Assembly (NCBI GenBank): GCA_963700745.1
Contig: CAVOYT010000012.1
Coordinates: 169,860-233,859, forward strand
DNA from: an uncultured bacterium
GTDB lineage: Bacteria > Actinomycetota > Actinomycetes > S36-B12
Direction of reading: 5' to 3'
Length of the DNA stretch: 64,000 nucleotides
Shown here: in pieces, positions 17,118 to 27,676 of the stretch
Layout of the letters: every line of letters begins with the position of its first letter
Numbering within the stretch: the first letter of the stretch is position 1
The notes under the pieces: generated by a model
Databases searched by the model: none
Told to the model about the DNA's origin: nothing
The model's input: only the letters and a program-made list of their open reading frames with translations
Translations under genes and position numbers: made by a program

Positions 17118-18658
17118 TCAGGCGGTCTGGATCGAACCGTCCGGCAGGACCAGGCCAACGGCGCCGGTTCGACGGGCGTCGCCCACCGCCTCGACCGCCC
17201 CGTCCGCCGACCGCCGCACGGCGTGCACCCCGCCGAAGAACAGGTTCGGCGCGGGCCACGGCTCGAGTCCGGGCCAGTCGCGCTCCCGGGCCAGCTCGGC
17301 CAGCGCGACCAGGTCGTCGTCGGCGAACCCGGGCTCGACGTGCACCGGCCCGCTGCCCGTGAGGTGGACGCGGGGCGCGTCGATCGCCGTCGGCGAGATC
17401 GCTGCCCCCGTCGATCAGGCGCAGCACCACTCCGAGCAGCGCCGATCGGATGCGTTCGCTGCCGCCCGTGCCCAGCGCCGACGCGGGATCCGTCGGCGAG
17501 GTCGACCAGCGTCGGCGCCATCATCGAGCCCATCCGCGCCCCCGGCGGCAGCGCTGAACCGTCCGCCGGTCGCAGGTCCTCCTCGCCGAGCATGTTGTTG
17601 AGCGTCACGTCCCAGCCCGGCAGACGGTTCCCGAGCCGGATCCGTTCGACGTCGTCAGAGCCGCGAAGCCGCCCTGCGCGTCCACGACCGACACGTGCGT
17701 CGTGCCCGTCGGCACCTGGCCGGGGCCACGCTGCGCGAGGGTCGCGTCGGCCAGCGCCGCTCGCGACCTCGGCCCAGCGGATCCCCCACGGCTCCTCGTC
17801 GAGGGCGGCGAGCGAGGACATCACGATCGACCCGCCCACCGACGGCGGCGGATTGGTCCAGACCCGGCTGCCGCGCCGCGACAGGGCGAGCGGCTCGCGC
17901 CGCACGGGCCGGTAGGCCGCGAGATCGTCGGCGGTCAGCAGGCCGCCGCCCGCACCGCGATCCCGCGAGCAGGGGCTCGGCGAGCGCAGGGTCGGCGAGC
18001 CCGGCGATCCGTCCGGCGGCCAGTTCCTCGAGCAGCCGCGCGTACCCCTCGTTGCGGTAGACGCCGCTGCTCTCTGCCTCGGCGAACAGCCGGCGGCTGT
18101 CGTCGGTGATGTTGAGCAGGTCGCTCACCAGGTGCAGGAAGGTCCGCTGCCCCGCGGACAGCGCGACGCCGGCTCGGGCCAAGCCGACCGCCGGCCCGAC
18201 GATCGCCGCCAGCGGGAGACGCCCCGACCGCCGATGCGCCGCGAGGTAGCCCGGCAGGCAGCCCGGCACGGCGACGGTCCCCCAGCCGCCGTGGAAGACC
18301 TGCTCGCTGCTGGTCGCGGCGGAACCGGTGCGCGCGAAGTCGACGACGATCGGTCTCCACGTGCGGCGTCGACCGGGGCGCCGCCGAGGCCCGGGACGTC
18401 GACGAAGAAGTCCAGCACCTGCGGCGACGCGCCGAGATCCGCGTCCAGCAGGAAGCCGCCGCCGCCGAGACTCGCAAGCACCGGCTCTGACATCACTGCC
18501 GCGAACGCCGCGGCCAGCGCGGCATCGACTGCGCACCCGCCAGCGCGCAGGATCGCGGTGGCCGCAGCCACGACCTCGGCGGAGCCCCCGGCCACGCCCG
18601 CCGATCCGGGCGGACCGCTCAGGCGGGCGGCGCGCGGAGAGGAGGTCACGCGCGGCAC
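17118..18658 (-). pseudogene. Gamma-glutamyltransferase family protein, frame broken as sequenced (at least 5 changes)
   Basis: GVAGGSAEVVAAATAILRAGGCAVDAALAAAFAAVMSEPVLASLGGGGFLL (ORF 18125..18658), FHGGWGTVAVPGCLPGYLAAH...GVYRNEGYARLLEELA (ORF 17655..18536), LGNRLPGWDVTLNNMLGEEDL (ORF 17087..17905), and the C-terminus in ORF 17118..17345. Confidence 0.7.
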
Positions 18659-18730
18659 GCTACCGTCGCCGACCTCGGTCGCGCCTCGGAACCGCGCCCG
18701 GACGCGTCAGGCCTGTGCCACGCTGGACCA

Positions 18731-19108
18731 ATGACTGCCATCGCCCGCCTGTGCTGGACCGCCATCGACTGCCCGGACGCCCGCGCGCTTGCCGCGTTCT
18801 ACTCCGCCATCACCGGTTGGCCGATCGACGAGGCGAGGTCCGACGACGAGTGGGTCCACCTGCGCGCCGACGGGCCGGTCACGCTGTGCTTCCAGCAGGT
18901 CGACGACTATCGCGCGCCGCAGTGGCCGGGCCAGGAGCACCCGCAGCAGGAGCACCTGGACTTCTACGTCGATGATCTCGAGTCCGGCGAGGAGGAGGTC
19001 CTGGCGCTCGGGGCCCGCCTGCACGCGGTGCAGCCAGGAGAGGAATTCCGCGTCTACCTCGACCCGGCCGACCATCCGTTCTGCCTGATCCAGGCCGGAA
19101 GCGAGTAG
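18731..19108 (+). CDS. VOC (glyoxalase/bleomycin-resistance fold) family protein
   Basis: Intact 125-aa ORF with LCWTAIDCPDARALAAFYSAITGW...HLDFYVDDLESGEEEVLALGA. Confidence 0.75.
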   Translation: MTAIARLCWTAIDCPDARALAAFYSAITGWPIDEARSDDEWVHLRADGPVTLCFQQVDDYRAPQWPGQEHPQQEHLDFYVDDLESGEEEVLALGARLHAVQPGEEFRVYLDPADHPFCLIQAGSE

Positions 19109-19242
19109 TGCGCCGGACTCCCGTAGGGGGGCTCGACGGCCGAGGCGGCCTTCTTACGACGGCCTTTACCTCCACGAACCCGCAGCCTGACTGGGCGGGG
19201 CAATACTCGAAGGGAACGACCTCCCCGACGAAAGGCTCCCCA

Positions 19243-19885
19243 TGACCGCCAGCCGTACCACCCGTCGCCTCCTCACCGCCGCAGCCGCGGTGCCCTTGTC
19301 GTCAGCGCCCCCGGCTTCGTGTCGGTCGCGTCGGCGCACAACAACGACGGAACCGGCGGCCGGGGCGGACTGACGTCCGAGCTGGCGACCAACACCGCAC
19401 TCGTGACGGCCGTCAAGGCGGCGCGCACCGAGTACAAGGCCTCAGCGAAGGCCGCTAGTGACGCCTACCGCGCCGCCACCGCTGGCGCCCGGGACGCGAT
19501 CGTGGCAGCGACCCAGACCCAGCGTGATGCCTTCAAGGCCGCTCGCGACGCCTACCGCGCGGCCCGCCTGGCCGGCGGCGACACCTCGGCTGCAAGCGCG
19601 GCGCTCACGACCGCGTCGAACGCCCTCCGCGACGCCGTCACCGCAGCGAAGGCCGACCAGCAGAAGGTCTTCGACGACGCGGGCGCCACTGCCAAGGCCT
19701 CACTCGCTAGCGCCCTGACCACGTACCAGGCCGCCATCAAGGCGGCGTTCGCCACCTACGCCCCGGATGTCGCCGTGCCGGATGCCCTGCTCACCCCCGG
19801 CGCCAAGCACGGCAGGGGCGTCGGCACGTGGCTCGGCCACAGCCATGGCCACGGCCAAGGACACGGCGGTCGGAACCACCGATAG
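19243..19885 (+). pseudogene. Secreted Ala-rich helical protein with a His/Gly-rich tail; one frame change in the signal peptide (~19290)
   Basis: MTASRTTRRLLTAAAAV, then a G appears to be missing. Restoring it gives ALVVSAPGFVSVASA, joining track ORF 19319..19885. The C-terminus is WLGHSHGHGQGHGGRNHR. Confidence 0.6.
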
Positions 19886-19899
19886 CCCTCGAACGATCA

Positions 19900-19936
19900 C
19901 CAGACGCGGCGTTGGAGATGCGAACGCCGCGTCTGG
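19900..19936 (+). terminator. Perfect 14-bp stem hairpin after the 19885 stop, spanning the GNAT start codon
   Basis: ccagacgcggcgtt (19900-19913), loop ggagatgcg, aacgccgcgtctgg (19923-19936), followed by tctt. Confidence 0.5.
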
Positions 19937-20495
19937 TCTTGCGTCCGCTGCGTGCAGATGACTGCGCGGCGCTCGTCGATCTGCACTCACACCCGGATGT
20001 ATGGCAGGTCTTCGGCGACGATCCGGTCGACGTCACCGCGGCCGCACAGCGGTTCGTGGACGCCTTCCTCGACCGGGACCCAGCTCAGGCGCAAGCGCCG
20101 TGGGCCATCGAGCCGATCGACCGCGAGGACCACGCGGGCGGGCTGATCGGCATCGTCGGACTGTGGCCCACGTCCTGGGAGCCACCGTTCCCGCACCAGC
20201 GAGCCCTGCGTCGAGATCGGCTGGCGACTGGCCCGGCCGTGGTGGGGTCAGGGCATGGTGACCGAGGCGGCCGCCACCTGCCTGGCCCACGCGCATGATC
20301 ACCTCGGGCTCGACGAGGTCGTGGCCTACACCAGTCAGGACAACGTCCGCTCGCAGGCGCGTCATGACCCGGCTCGGCATGCTGCGCGACGCCTCGGCGG
20401 ACTTCGAGCACCCGCGGGTCCCGGTCGGCGACCCGCGTCGTCGGCACGTGGTCTTCCGCACAAACTGGGCGCCACGCCCGAAGCAACCCGCCTAG
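19918..20495 (+). pseudogene. GNAT family N-acetyltransferase (RimJ/RimL-like), frame broken as sequenced (2 changes)
   Basis: MRTPRLVLRPLRADDCAALVDLHSHPDVWQVFG...GLIGIVGLW (ORF 19828..20298), EIGWRLARPWWGQGMVTEAAATCLAHAHDHLGLDEVVAYTSQDN (ORF 20255..), VMTRLGMLRD (ORF 20295..20495). Confidence 0.7.
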
Positions 20496-20502
20496 CGCAC
20501 CA

Positions 20503-20535
20503 GGCCTGTGGATCGCCACTGCCGATCCACAGGCC
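20503..20535. promoter_or_regulatory. 33-bp near-perfect palindrome carrying two inverted copies of the ATCCACAGG motif
   Basis: ggcctgtggatcg (20503-20515) / cgatccacaggcc (20523-20535): a 13-bp perfect stem plus 2 further pairs. Lies between the GNAT stop and the ThiF-like start at 20556. Confidence 0.55.
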
Positions 20536-20555
20536 AGACGGGCCACAGTCCGGGC

Positions 20556-21515
20556 ATGACCGCGCCGCCCCACCACGCCACCGTCGTCGCGCCCATGCTT
20601 CCCGAGCTGGCCGGCTTCGGCCGCCCGCGACTGCGCGGCGATGTGCCGATCCTGTGGCGCGATCAGGCGAGCATCCAGATCGGCGACGACGTCATCGTGG
20701 ACCGGGTCAACCGCTCGCACGTCGCCTGGCTCACCTCGCTGGACGGGCTCCGGTCACCGCAGGAGATCGAGGACGACCTGGCCCTGCCCGCCACTGATGC
20801 CCGCCGGCTCCTGAGGTCCCTTCTCCACGCGGGCGCCCTGGATGACGCGGCGCGGATCCCCGACGCGATGCGCTGGGCCGCTCCGGGCGACCGGGAGTCC
20901 GTCAGCCGACGCTTCGGCTCCGCCCTGCGCGCCTACCGCCGCCTCGACGCGGCCTACGACGCCGATGGCGGGCCGGGACCGCTGCCGCGTCGCGATCCTC
21001 GGCGACGGTCCGCTGGCAGACGAGGCCCGGGCCGCGATCGAGGCCGCCGGACTCCCCGTCGGGGACGCCGACGACGCCACCGTCACCGTCCTGGCCGACG
21101 GCCTGCACCCCGACGTCCCCGCGCGGTTCGACCATGCCTGCCTCGATCGCCCGCACCTTCCGCTGGCCACGCTGGGAGAGCGCGCCGTCGCCGGCCCGAT
21201 CGTCGTGCCGGGGCGCACCGGCTGCCTGAGGTGCGCGCACCTGCACCGCAGGGATGGTGATCCGGCCTGGCCCCTGCTGTCCGTCCAGTGGTCGCAGGCA
21301 CTGCGCGGCGATGGCGAGCCCGCCGGTCGATCCGCTGCTCATGCGCCTGGCCGCAGCACAGGCAGCACTGCTGGTCCGCGCGTGGGCGGACGCGCCCGAC
21401 GATCCCGCCTCGCTGGGGCGGGTTCGCGTGGGAGCTGACCCTCCCGGACGTGCGGGCCCGCCGGGTGCCACGTCCGGCTCATCCGCTGTGCGGGTGCCGC
21501 TGGCCCGACGCGTAG
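20556..21515 (+). pseudogene. ThiF/E1-like fold protein (TOMM-docking/ThiF family, Rv3196-position), frame broken as sequenced (about 3 changes)
   Basis: RPRLRGDVPILWRDQASIQIGDD...WLTSLDGLRSPQEIE, RVAILGDGPLADEARAAIEAAGL...PHLPLATLGERAVAGPIVVPGRTGCLRCAHLHRRDGDPAWPLL, and the tail WELTLPDVRARRVPRPAHPLCGCRWPDA. Confidence 0.5.
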
Positions 21516-21560
21516 GGACGCGCCCTCGCGCCCGAGCACGACTCAGGCGACAATGGGCAG

Positions 21561-22876
21561 GTGTCCGACATCCCGAGGTTCGCGCTGACGCGCAGCGTGA
21601 AGATCGCTGCGCTGCCGGCGTCGTACGCGGGCCGCCAGGCCTGGGGTTTCGGCAAGCGCCTCGGCGGCAAGCCGGCCGAGGCCGTGACGGCCGAACTGCA
21701 GGCCCGCACGGCCGAGCAGATGTTCAAGGTCCTCGGCGAGCTCAAGGGCGGCGCCATGAAGATGGGCCAGGCCATGAGCATCTTCGAGGCCGCGATGCCC
21801 GAGGAGATGGCGGGTCCCTACCGAGCCGCGCTCACCAAGTTGCAGGAGGCCGCTCCCCCGCTGCCGGCGGAGTCGATCCACGCAATCCTCGCGGAGGAGC
21901 TCGGCGAAGACTGGCGCGAGCGCTTCGCCGAGTTCGACGACCGGCCCGCCGCCGCGGCGTCGATCGGCCAGGTCCACAAGGCGACGTGGCACGACGGCCG
22001 CGTCGTCGCCGTCAAGGTGCAGTACCCGGGCGCCGACAAGGCGTTCATCTCGGATCTGAACCAGATGACCCGGATGGGCAAGCTGTTCGCGTCCTGGATC
22101 CCCGGCATGGACATCAAGCCGCTGCTGGAGGAGCTCAAGGAGCGGGCCATCGAGGAGCTCGACTACCTGCGCGAGTCACGCAACCAGCGCGCCTTCGCGG
22201 TCGCCTTCGAGGGCGATCCCGGAGTACGTCGTCCCCCACGTGCTCGCGGCCGCGCCCCACGTCATCGTCTCCGAATGGGTCGACGGCCGGCCACTCTCGT
22301 CGATCATCACGGACGGCACCCAGGAGGAGCGCGACCGCGCCGGCGAGCTGTACGAGCGGTTCCTGCTCGCCGGCCCGGCGCGCGCCGGACTGCTGCACTC
22401 CGATCCGCACCCCGGCAATTTCCGGATCACGCCCGAGGGCAAGTTCTGCGTCCTCGACTTCGGCGCCGTCGCCGAGCTGCCGGATGGGCTTCCCGACGCC
22501 ATGGGCACGCTGCTGCGCATCGCGATGTCCGGCGATGCCGAGACGGTGGCCGAGGGCCTGCGCGAGGAGGGCTTCATCCGGCCGAACGTCGAGGTCGACC
22601 CCGAGCAGGTGCTCAACTACCTCGCACCCGTTCGTCGAGCCGGCGCGGCACGAGACCTTCCACTTCAACCGCGCGTGGATGCGCGGACAGTTCGGCCGCA
22701 TGAACGATATGCGCAACCCCGACTTCACGATCGGACTCAAGCTCAACCTGCCACCGTCGTACGCGCTGATCCACCGGGTGTGGCTCGGCAGCATCGGGGT
22801 GCTGTGCCAGCTCGACGCGACGGTGCCGATGCGCGCCGAGCTGGAGCGCTGGGTGCCGACCTTCGCCGAGGCCTGA
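21561..22876 (+). pseudogene. ABC1/UbiB-family atypical kinase (Rv3197-like), frame broken as sequenced (2 changes near 22215 and 22630)
   Basis: LKGGAMKMGQAMSIFEAAMPEE...PAAAASIGQVHKATWHDGRVVAVKVQYPG, then HVIVSEWVDGRPL...GLLHSDPHPGNFRITPEGKFCVLDFGAV, then the C-terminus in the 21254..22876 frame. Confidence 0.8.
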
Positions 22877-22897
22877 CGCGCGCCTGCGAGAAGAGAC

Positions 22898-23169
22898 TCA
22901 GGCGTCGGCCAGGCCGGCGACAGTCGGTCTGCGGCGCACGTAGTGCTCGATGACGAGTGCGATGGCCGCACCGACGACCACCGCCACCACGGCGACGATG
23001 ACGGTCTGCCACGACAGCAGGCTGACCGCCCGAATCGATGGCGGCGGAGGGGCTGGTCCCCGGGCCGGCCGGCTCGGGCGGCACCAGCGCCTGGGCGGTG
23101 GGCGCGACCAGCACCACGAGCACGAACGCGGTGATCGAACCAAGGGCTGCAGTGATGCATCTTCCTCAT
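22898..23169 (-). pseudogene. Small secreted/membrane-anchored protein, frame broken as sequenced (2 changes)
   Basis: GGAGGA RBS, then MRKMHHCSP.., FVLVVLVAPTAQALVPPEPAGPGTSP in a second frame, and a C-terminal TM segment SWQTVIVAVVAVVVGAAIALVIEHYVRRR. Confidence 0.4.
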
Positions 23170-23367
23170 GACGTCCTCCGACTGTTGATGGTGGCGGCCG
23201 AGAACCGTTGCTATTACTGGTCTCTTCTTCGTGGATCACTCTTGCCGTCTCACGGCCCCCGCACCATGCGTCGTTGCGCGTAGCCGGCCATACGCGTTTC
23301 CGCGCATTCCCACCACGGTCGATCGCCGCTAGCCTCGAGCGCGTACCCACCCGACGGAGAGGGCACG

Positions 23368-24123
23368 ATGATCACCACGATCGGAATCTCGGATCGCGAT
23401 CTGCAGCCTCATCCTCGACGTGGTCGATCGCAGTCGCTGCGGCCAGGCCGGCGAGCATGTCCCCGACTCCCTGCTCCGCGACCTCGGTCACCTCATCGAC
23501 TACGACGATGCGACCTTTCAGGTGATGGACCCCTACCGGCGCAGCATCTCGGTCCAGGACAGCGTCATTGACCGTCGGCAACGACCAGTCGGACGACGAG
23601 GTACTGGACCTGTGGTGGCCGGCGTTCTGGGAGCACTGCGCCTACCCGCAGCTCACCGGCGACTACGCCAGCGTGATCCGCGCGTCCGACGCGCTGCCCG
23701 GCCGGACCGATGGGCGCAATTGGCACGCCTACCTCGAAGCAGAGCCCGATGCCTCGGCGCACCACGTCATCGTCTCGCTGCCCGCCGATCGGGCCGACGG
23801 ATCGCCGTCTCATCCTCTGGCGCGACTCCGGACCCGACTTCAGCGACCGCGACGTCCAGCTCCTCACGCTGCTGCGCCCGCACCTGATCGACGTGTACGA
23901 CCGGCACCAGGAGGAGCGGGCCGGGGCTCCGCAGCTGACGCTGCGGCAGTGGGAGATCCTGCGACTGGTCGCGGCCGGGCTCACCAACGGGCAGATCGGG
24001 CGCCGACTCTCGGTCTCGGAGGCCACGGTGCGCAAGCACCTCGAGAACACCTACGCCCGACTCGGCGTCACCAACCGCACCGCCGCCGTCGATCGCACGC
24101 GCAGGTACCTGCTCGCCGGCTGA
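23368..24123 (+). pseudogene. LuxR-family transcriptional regulator (N-terminal sensor-like domain plus C-terminal HTH), frame broken as sequenced (about 3 changes)
   Basis: C-terminal HTH LTLRQWEILRLVAAGLTNGQIGRRLSVSEATVRKHLENTYARLGVTNRTAAV. N-terminal pieces lie in ORFs 23368.., 23420.., 23568.. and 23710... Confidence 0.75.
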
Positions 24124-24135
24124 GCGGGTCATGCG

Positions 24136-27100
24136 TCAGGCAGGCGGTACGGCGTCCTCGACCCGTTGCGCCTCGTCCAGCACGACGGCCACGAGGTCGT
24201 GCGCGGGCAGCCCAGTCGGCGGCGGCGCCCTCGAGGGCGCGGCACTCGGTCTCCAGCCGCACTGCACCGAACACTGCAGCGTGGGACTTCAGCGTGTGCG
24301 CCGACCGGCGCAGGAGCTCGGCGTCGCCGGTGTCCGCCCCTGACTCGATTCGGCCGCGACGATTCCCGGGAGCCCGTCCAGGAATGCATCCACCAGCTCG
24401 CGCTCGAAGTCGGGATCCACGCTCCCGACCATGTCCGCGACCCGTTGCCGGAACGCGGCGGCGCTCACCACCTCGCCCGCGGCCGGTGGCGTGGTCGGCG
24501 TAGCGGGGAGGGCGACCACCGTCTTCGGCGCTGCCTCCGCGAGCAGGTCGGCCGTCTCGGCGAGGGCGGCCGCCAGTTCGTCGCGGCGCAGCGGTTTCGC
24601 GAGATAGCCGTCCATGCCGGCGGCCGCGGTGCTGACCCGGTCCTCGCTCAGGGCGTTGGCCGTCAATGCCACGATCCGCGGCCGAGCGTCGCCCATCTCC
24701 GCGATGATGCGCCGGGTCGCCTCAAGGCCGTCGACCTCGGGCATCTGGACGTCCATGAGGATGAGGTCGAACAGGCCGGTCACCGCCTGCTCCACCGCCT
24801 CCCGTCCATCGTTGGCGACCGTGACGGAATGCCCCATGCGGGTGAGCAGGGTGACTGCCAGACGCTGATTGAGGGCGTTGTCCTCGGCGAGCAGGATGGC
24901 AAGGGGCCGTGCCCGAGTCTCCCCGACCACCTCATCCTTCGGGTCGTGCCCGAAGGTCGGGGCGTCCTCGATCCCCAGGCCGCGCACGACGGCCCCTGCG
25001 AGCGCATCGGGCTTGACGGGCTTGGTCACCCACTCGACGAACCCCAGATCACGCCAGCGCGGGTCAGCCATGACGTCTCGTCTCGGATAGGCGGACGTGA
25101 CCAGGACCGCAGCGGAGGACGACCGCCGCAATGACGCGAGGTAGGTGACGGCATCGTCCGCGTCCTGAGTACCGCAGCCGATCAGCACGACGTCCGCGTC
25201 CGTTCCACCGGGGGCATCCGCGACCGAGGCCACGGCTTCGACCTCGGCCCCCCAGGAGCCCAAAAGGCGCGCCAGCACACCGCGCTGCAGTTCGCTCGGC
25301 TCCACGAGCAGCACCCGTCGACCCGAAAGGAACGGTTCCGGCGCGGGTGGCGCAGCCGCCGGCAGCACGGGACAGCGTCAGCGACGAACGTGCTTCCTTG
25401 GCCGTCGTACCCGGGGCTCTGCACCTGGACGTCGCCGCCCATGAGCTCCGCGAGGCGCTTGCTGATAGCCAGTCCCAGCCCAGTGCCGCCGTACTTGCGC
25501 GAGGTCGACAGGTCCGCCTGGCTGAAGGACTGGAAGAGGCGGCCCACCTGCTCATCGGAGAGGCCGATGCCGGTGTCGGTCACCGCCACGGTGATCCGCT
25601 GACGGCCGCCATCGGGTCCGGTCTCAGCCGCCTCGACCGAGAGCCGCACGTGACCGGCCTCGGTGAACTTCACCGCGTTGCCGAGCAGGTTCAGCAGGAT
25701 CTGGCGCATCCGGTTGGGGTCTCCCACGATCCGCTCAGGGACAGTGACCGGCATGTCGTAGGCGAGGTCCAGCCCCTTGCGCGTGGCAAGCGGTCCCATC
25801 AGATCGAGGGCCGACTCGATGCACTGCCGCAGGGAGAACTCGACGCTCTCGAGGTCCATGCGTCCGGCCTCGATCTTGGAGAAGTCGAGGATGTCGTTGA
25901 TGATCGCCAGCAGGGCCTCGCCGCTGCCCTGGATGATGCCGGCGTACTCACGCTGCTCGATGTCCAGATCGGTGTCGGAGAGCAGGCCGCTCATCCCGAT
26001 GATGGCGTTCATCGGCGTCCGGATCTCGTGGCTCATGGTGGCCAGGAAGCTGCTCTTCGCCTCGTTCGCGCGGTCCGCCTCGAGTCGGGCCGCCTGCAGC
26101 TCGGTGATGTCGTGATACACGACGTACGAGCCGACCGTCCGGCCGTCGACGACCAGCGGGACCATGACGATCTCGACGTCGACCACGGAACCGTCCTTGC
26201 GCGAACGCTGGGTGATGAGGTCATGGCGTCCGGCCTCGAGCGACGCCCGGGCCACGGCCGCCCCCTCGGCCCGCATCTCGTCCGAGCCCAGCACGAGGTC
26301 GTCGATCGACCGACCGATCGCCTCGTCGGGGGCGTACCCGAACAGGGTCGTCGCCGCGGGGTTCCAGCCCGTCACGTGCTGGTCGAGATCCATCGTGACG
26401 ACGGCTGCGGGACTGATCTCGACGAGCGCCTCGAAGTAGGTCTTCTGGGTGGCGAGCTCGGCCGTGCGCTCGTCGACCCGACGCTCGAGAGTCTCGACGT
26501 TCTCCCTTAACTGCGCGGTCATGCCGTTGAAGGTCTCGGCGAGCACGCCCACCTCGTCGTGAGTGCGCACGGGCGCGGTCTTCGTGAGGTCGCCCGCTCG
26601 TACCGCGATGGCCGTCTCGGTGATCGAGAGGATCGGACCAGCGATGCGGCGGGAGGCGACGTAGATGAGAATGCCCATGAGCAGCACGACGACGATTCCG
26701 ATCAGGGCGATCGACGTCGCCAGCTGACTGGCCGGCGCGAAGGCCTGCTCCTGCGTGATCTCCGACACCATCGCCACGCCGATGTCCTCGATCCAGGCAT
26801 ACGAGCCGATGACGGGTACCCCGGCATAGTCGACGTACAGGCCACGTCCGCTCTGCTGCTGAAGTCCCTGGTCGATGGCCGCAGAACGGACGGCGCCGTT
26901 CTCCTCACCCAGCTGCGCATGGACGAACTCGTGATCCGAATCGACCAGGTAGCTCTGACCGCCGTCGCCCAGGCCCGTCTTCTGCAGCACGATGCGATCG
27001 ACGCGGGCCAGGTCGAGGTTCGCAGCGAGAACGCCGCGCAACAGGCCGTCGGCGTCGAACAACGGCGTCGAGACGATGATTGCGGGGCCGTCCGACAGCT

Positions 27101-27593
27101 CCGACCGGGCCACAGGACGGGTGAACTGCCCCGACTGCCCGCGCGTGAAGTACTCCTCGCCGCTCTGGTCGAGGCCCTCGTGCCCGGGAGTCGTCGAGGC
27201 CACGATGGTGCCGTTCTCGTCGAGTACGAACAGCTCAGCTGCGTCAGCCGTCTGCCGCACGATGTACTGGAGAAGCTGGCGCATGTCTTCACGGGCCACG
27301 ACCTTCACCTGGGCGTCCGACTCCGGATCCAGCAGCTGAGCGACCACGTCGGTCTTCGCACCCGTCGACGTCTGCTGCTGGACGCCGCCGAGCAGTCCCG
27401 CGGCGAACGTGAGGTTGCGTCGCTGCTCCTCGATCCAGCGGACGATCGACTGGCTCGTGAGCACCTGCGCGGCGTCGAGCCGGCCGTACACCGACTCCTC
27501 CAGCGAGTCTCGGGCGCGCTGCGTCGCCAGGACCGCGACCAGGCCGACCATGACGATGGACAGGACGAGGAAGGTCAGCACCAGCTTGGCCAT
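24136..27593 (-). pseudogene. Hybrid sensor histidine kinase: TM, large extracytoplasmic domain, TM, HAMP, PAS, HisKA, HATPase_c, REC-like, REC, HPt. Frame broken at ~25370 and ~24200-24310
   Basis: MAKLVLTFLVLSIVMVGLVAVLA (ATG 27593); TM2 LATSIALIGIVVVLLMGILIYVA; FLATMSHEIRTPMNAIIGM; GTGLGLAISKRLAELMGG. REC in ORF 24289..25368: ILLAEDNALNQRL...DLILMDVQMPEVDG...LTANA. HPt: LLRRSAHTLKSHAAVFGA. The core 25400-27593 is uninterrupted. Confidence 0.85.
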
Positions 27594-27676
27594 CAGGCTG
27601 CGCCCGCGCTTCACCCGGACGACGCTCGGCGTCGTCGATCTCAGGGGACCGGGTCCCGCGCTCCTCGTCGCCACGA

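Noticed and set aside
22877-24135. Search for whiB7 or another WhiB-like gene near the ABC1 kinase and uvrD2.
   Set aside because: No ORF in any frame shows the Cys-x(n)-Cys-x2-Cys-x5-Cys pattern with a C-terminal AT-hook. The interval encodes a small membrane protein and a LuxR regulator instead.
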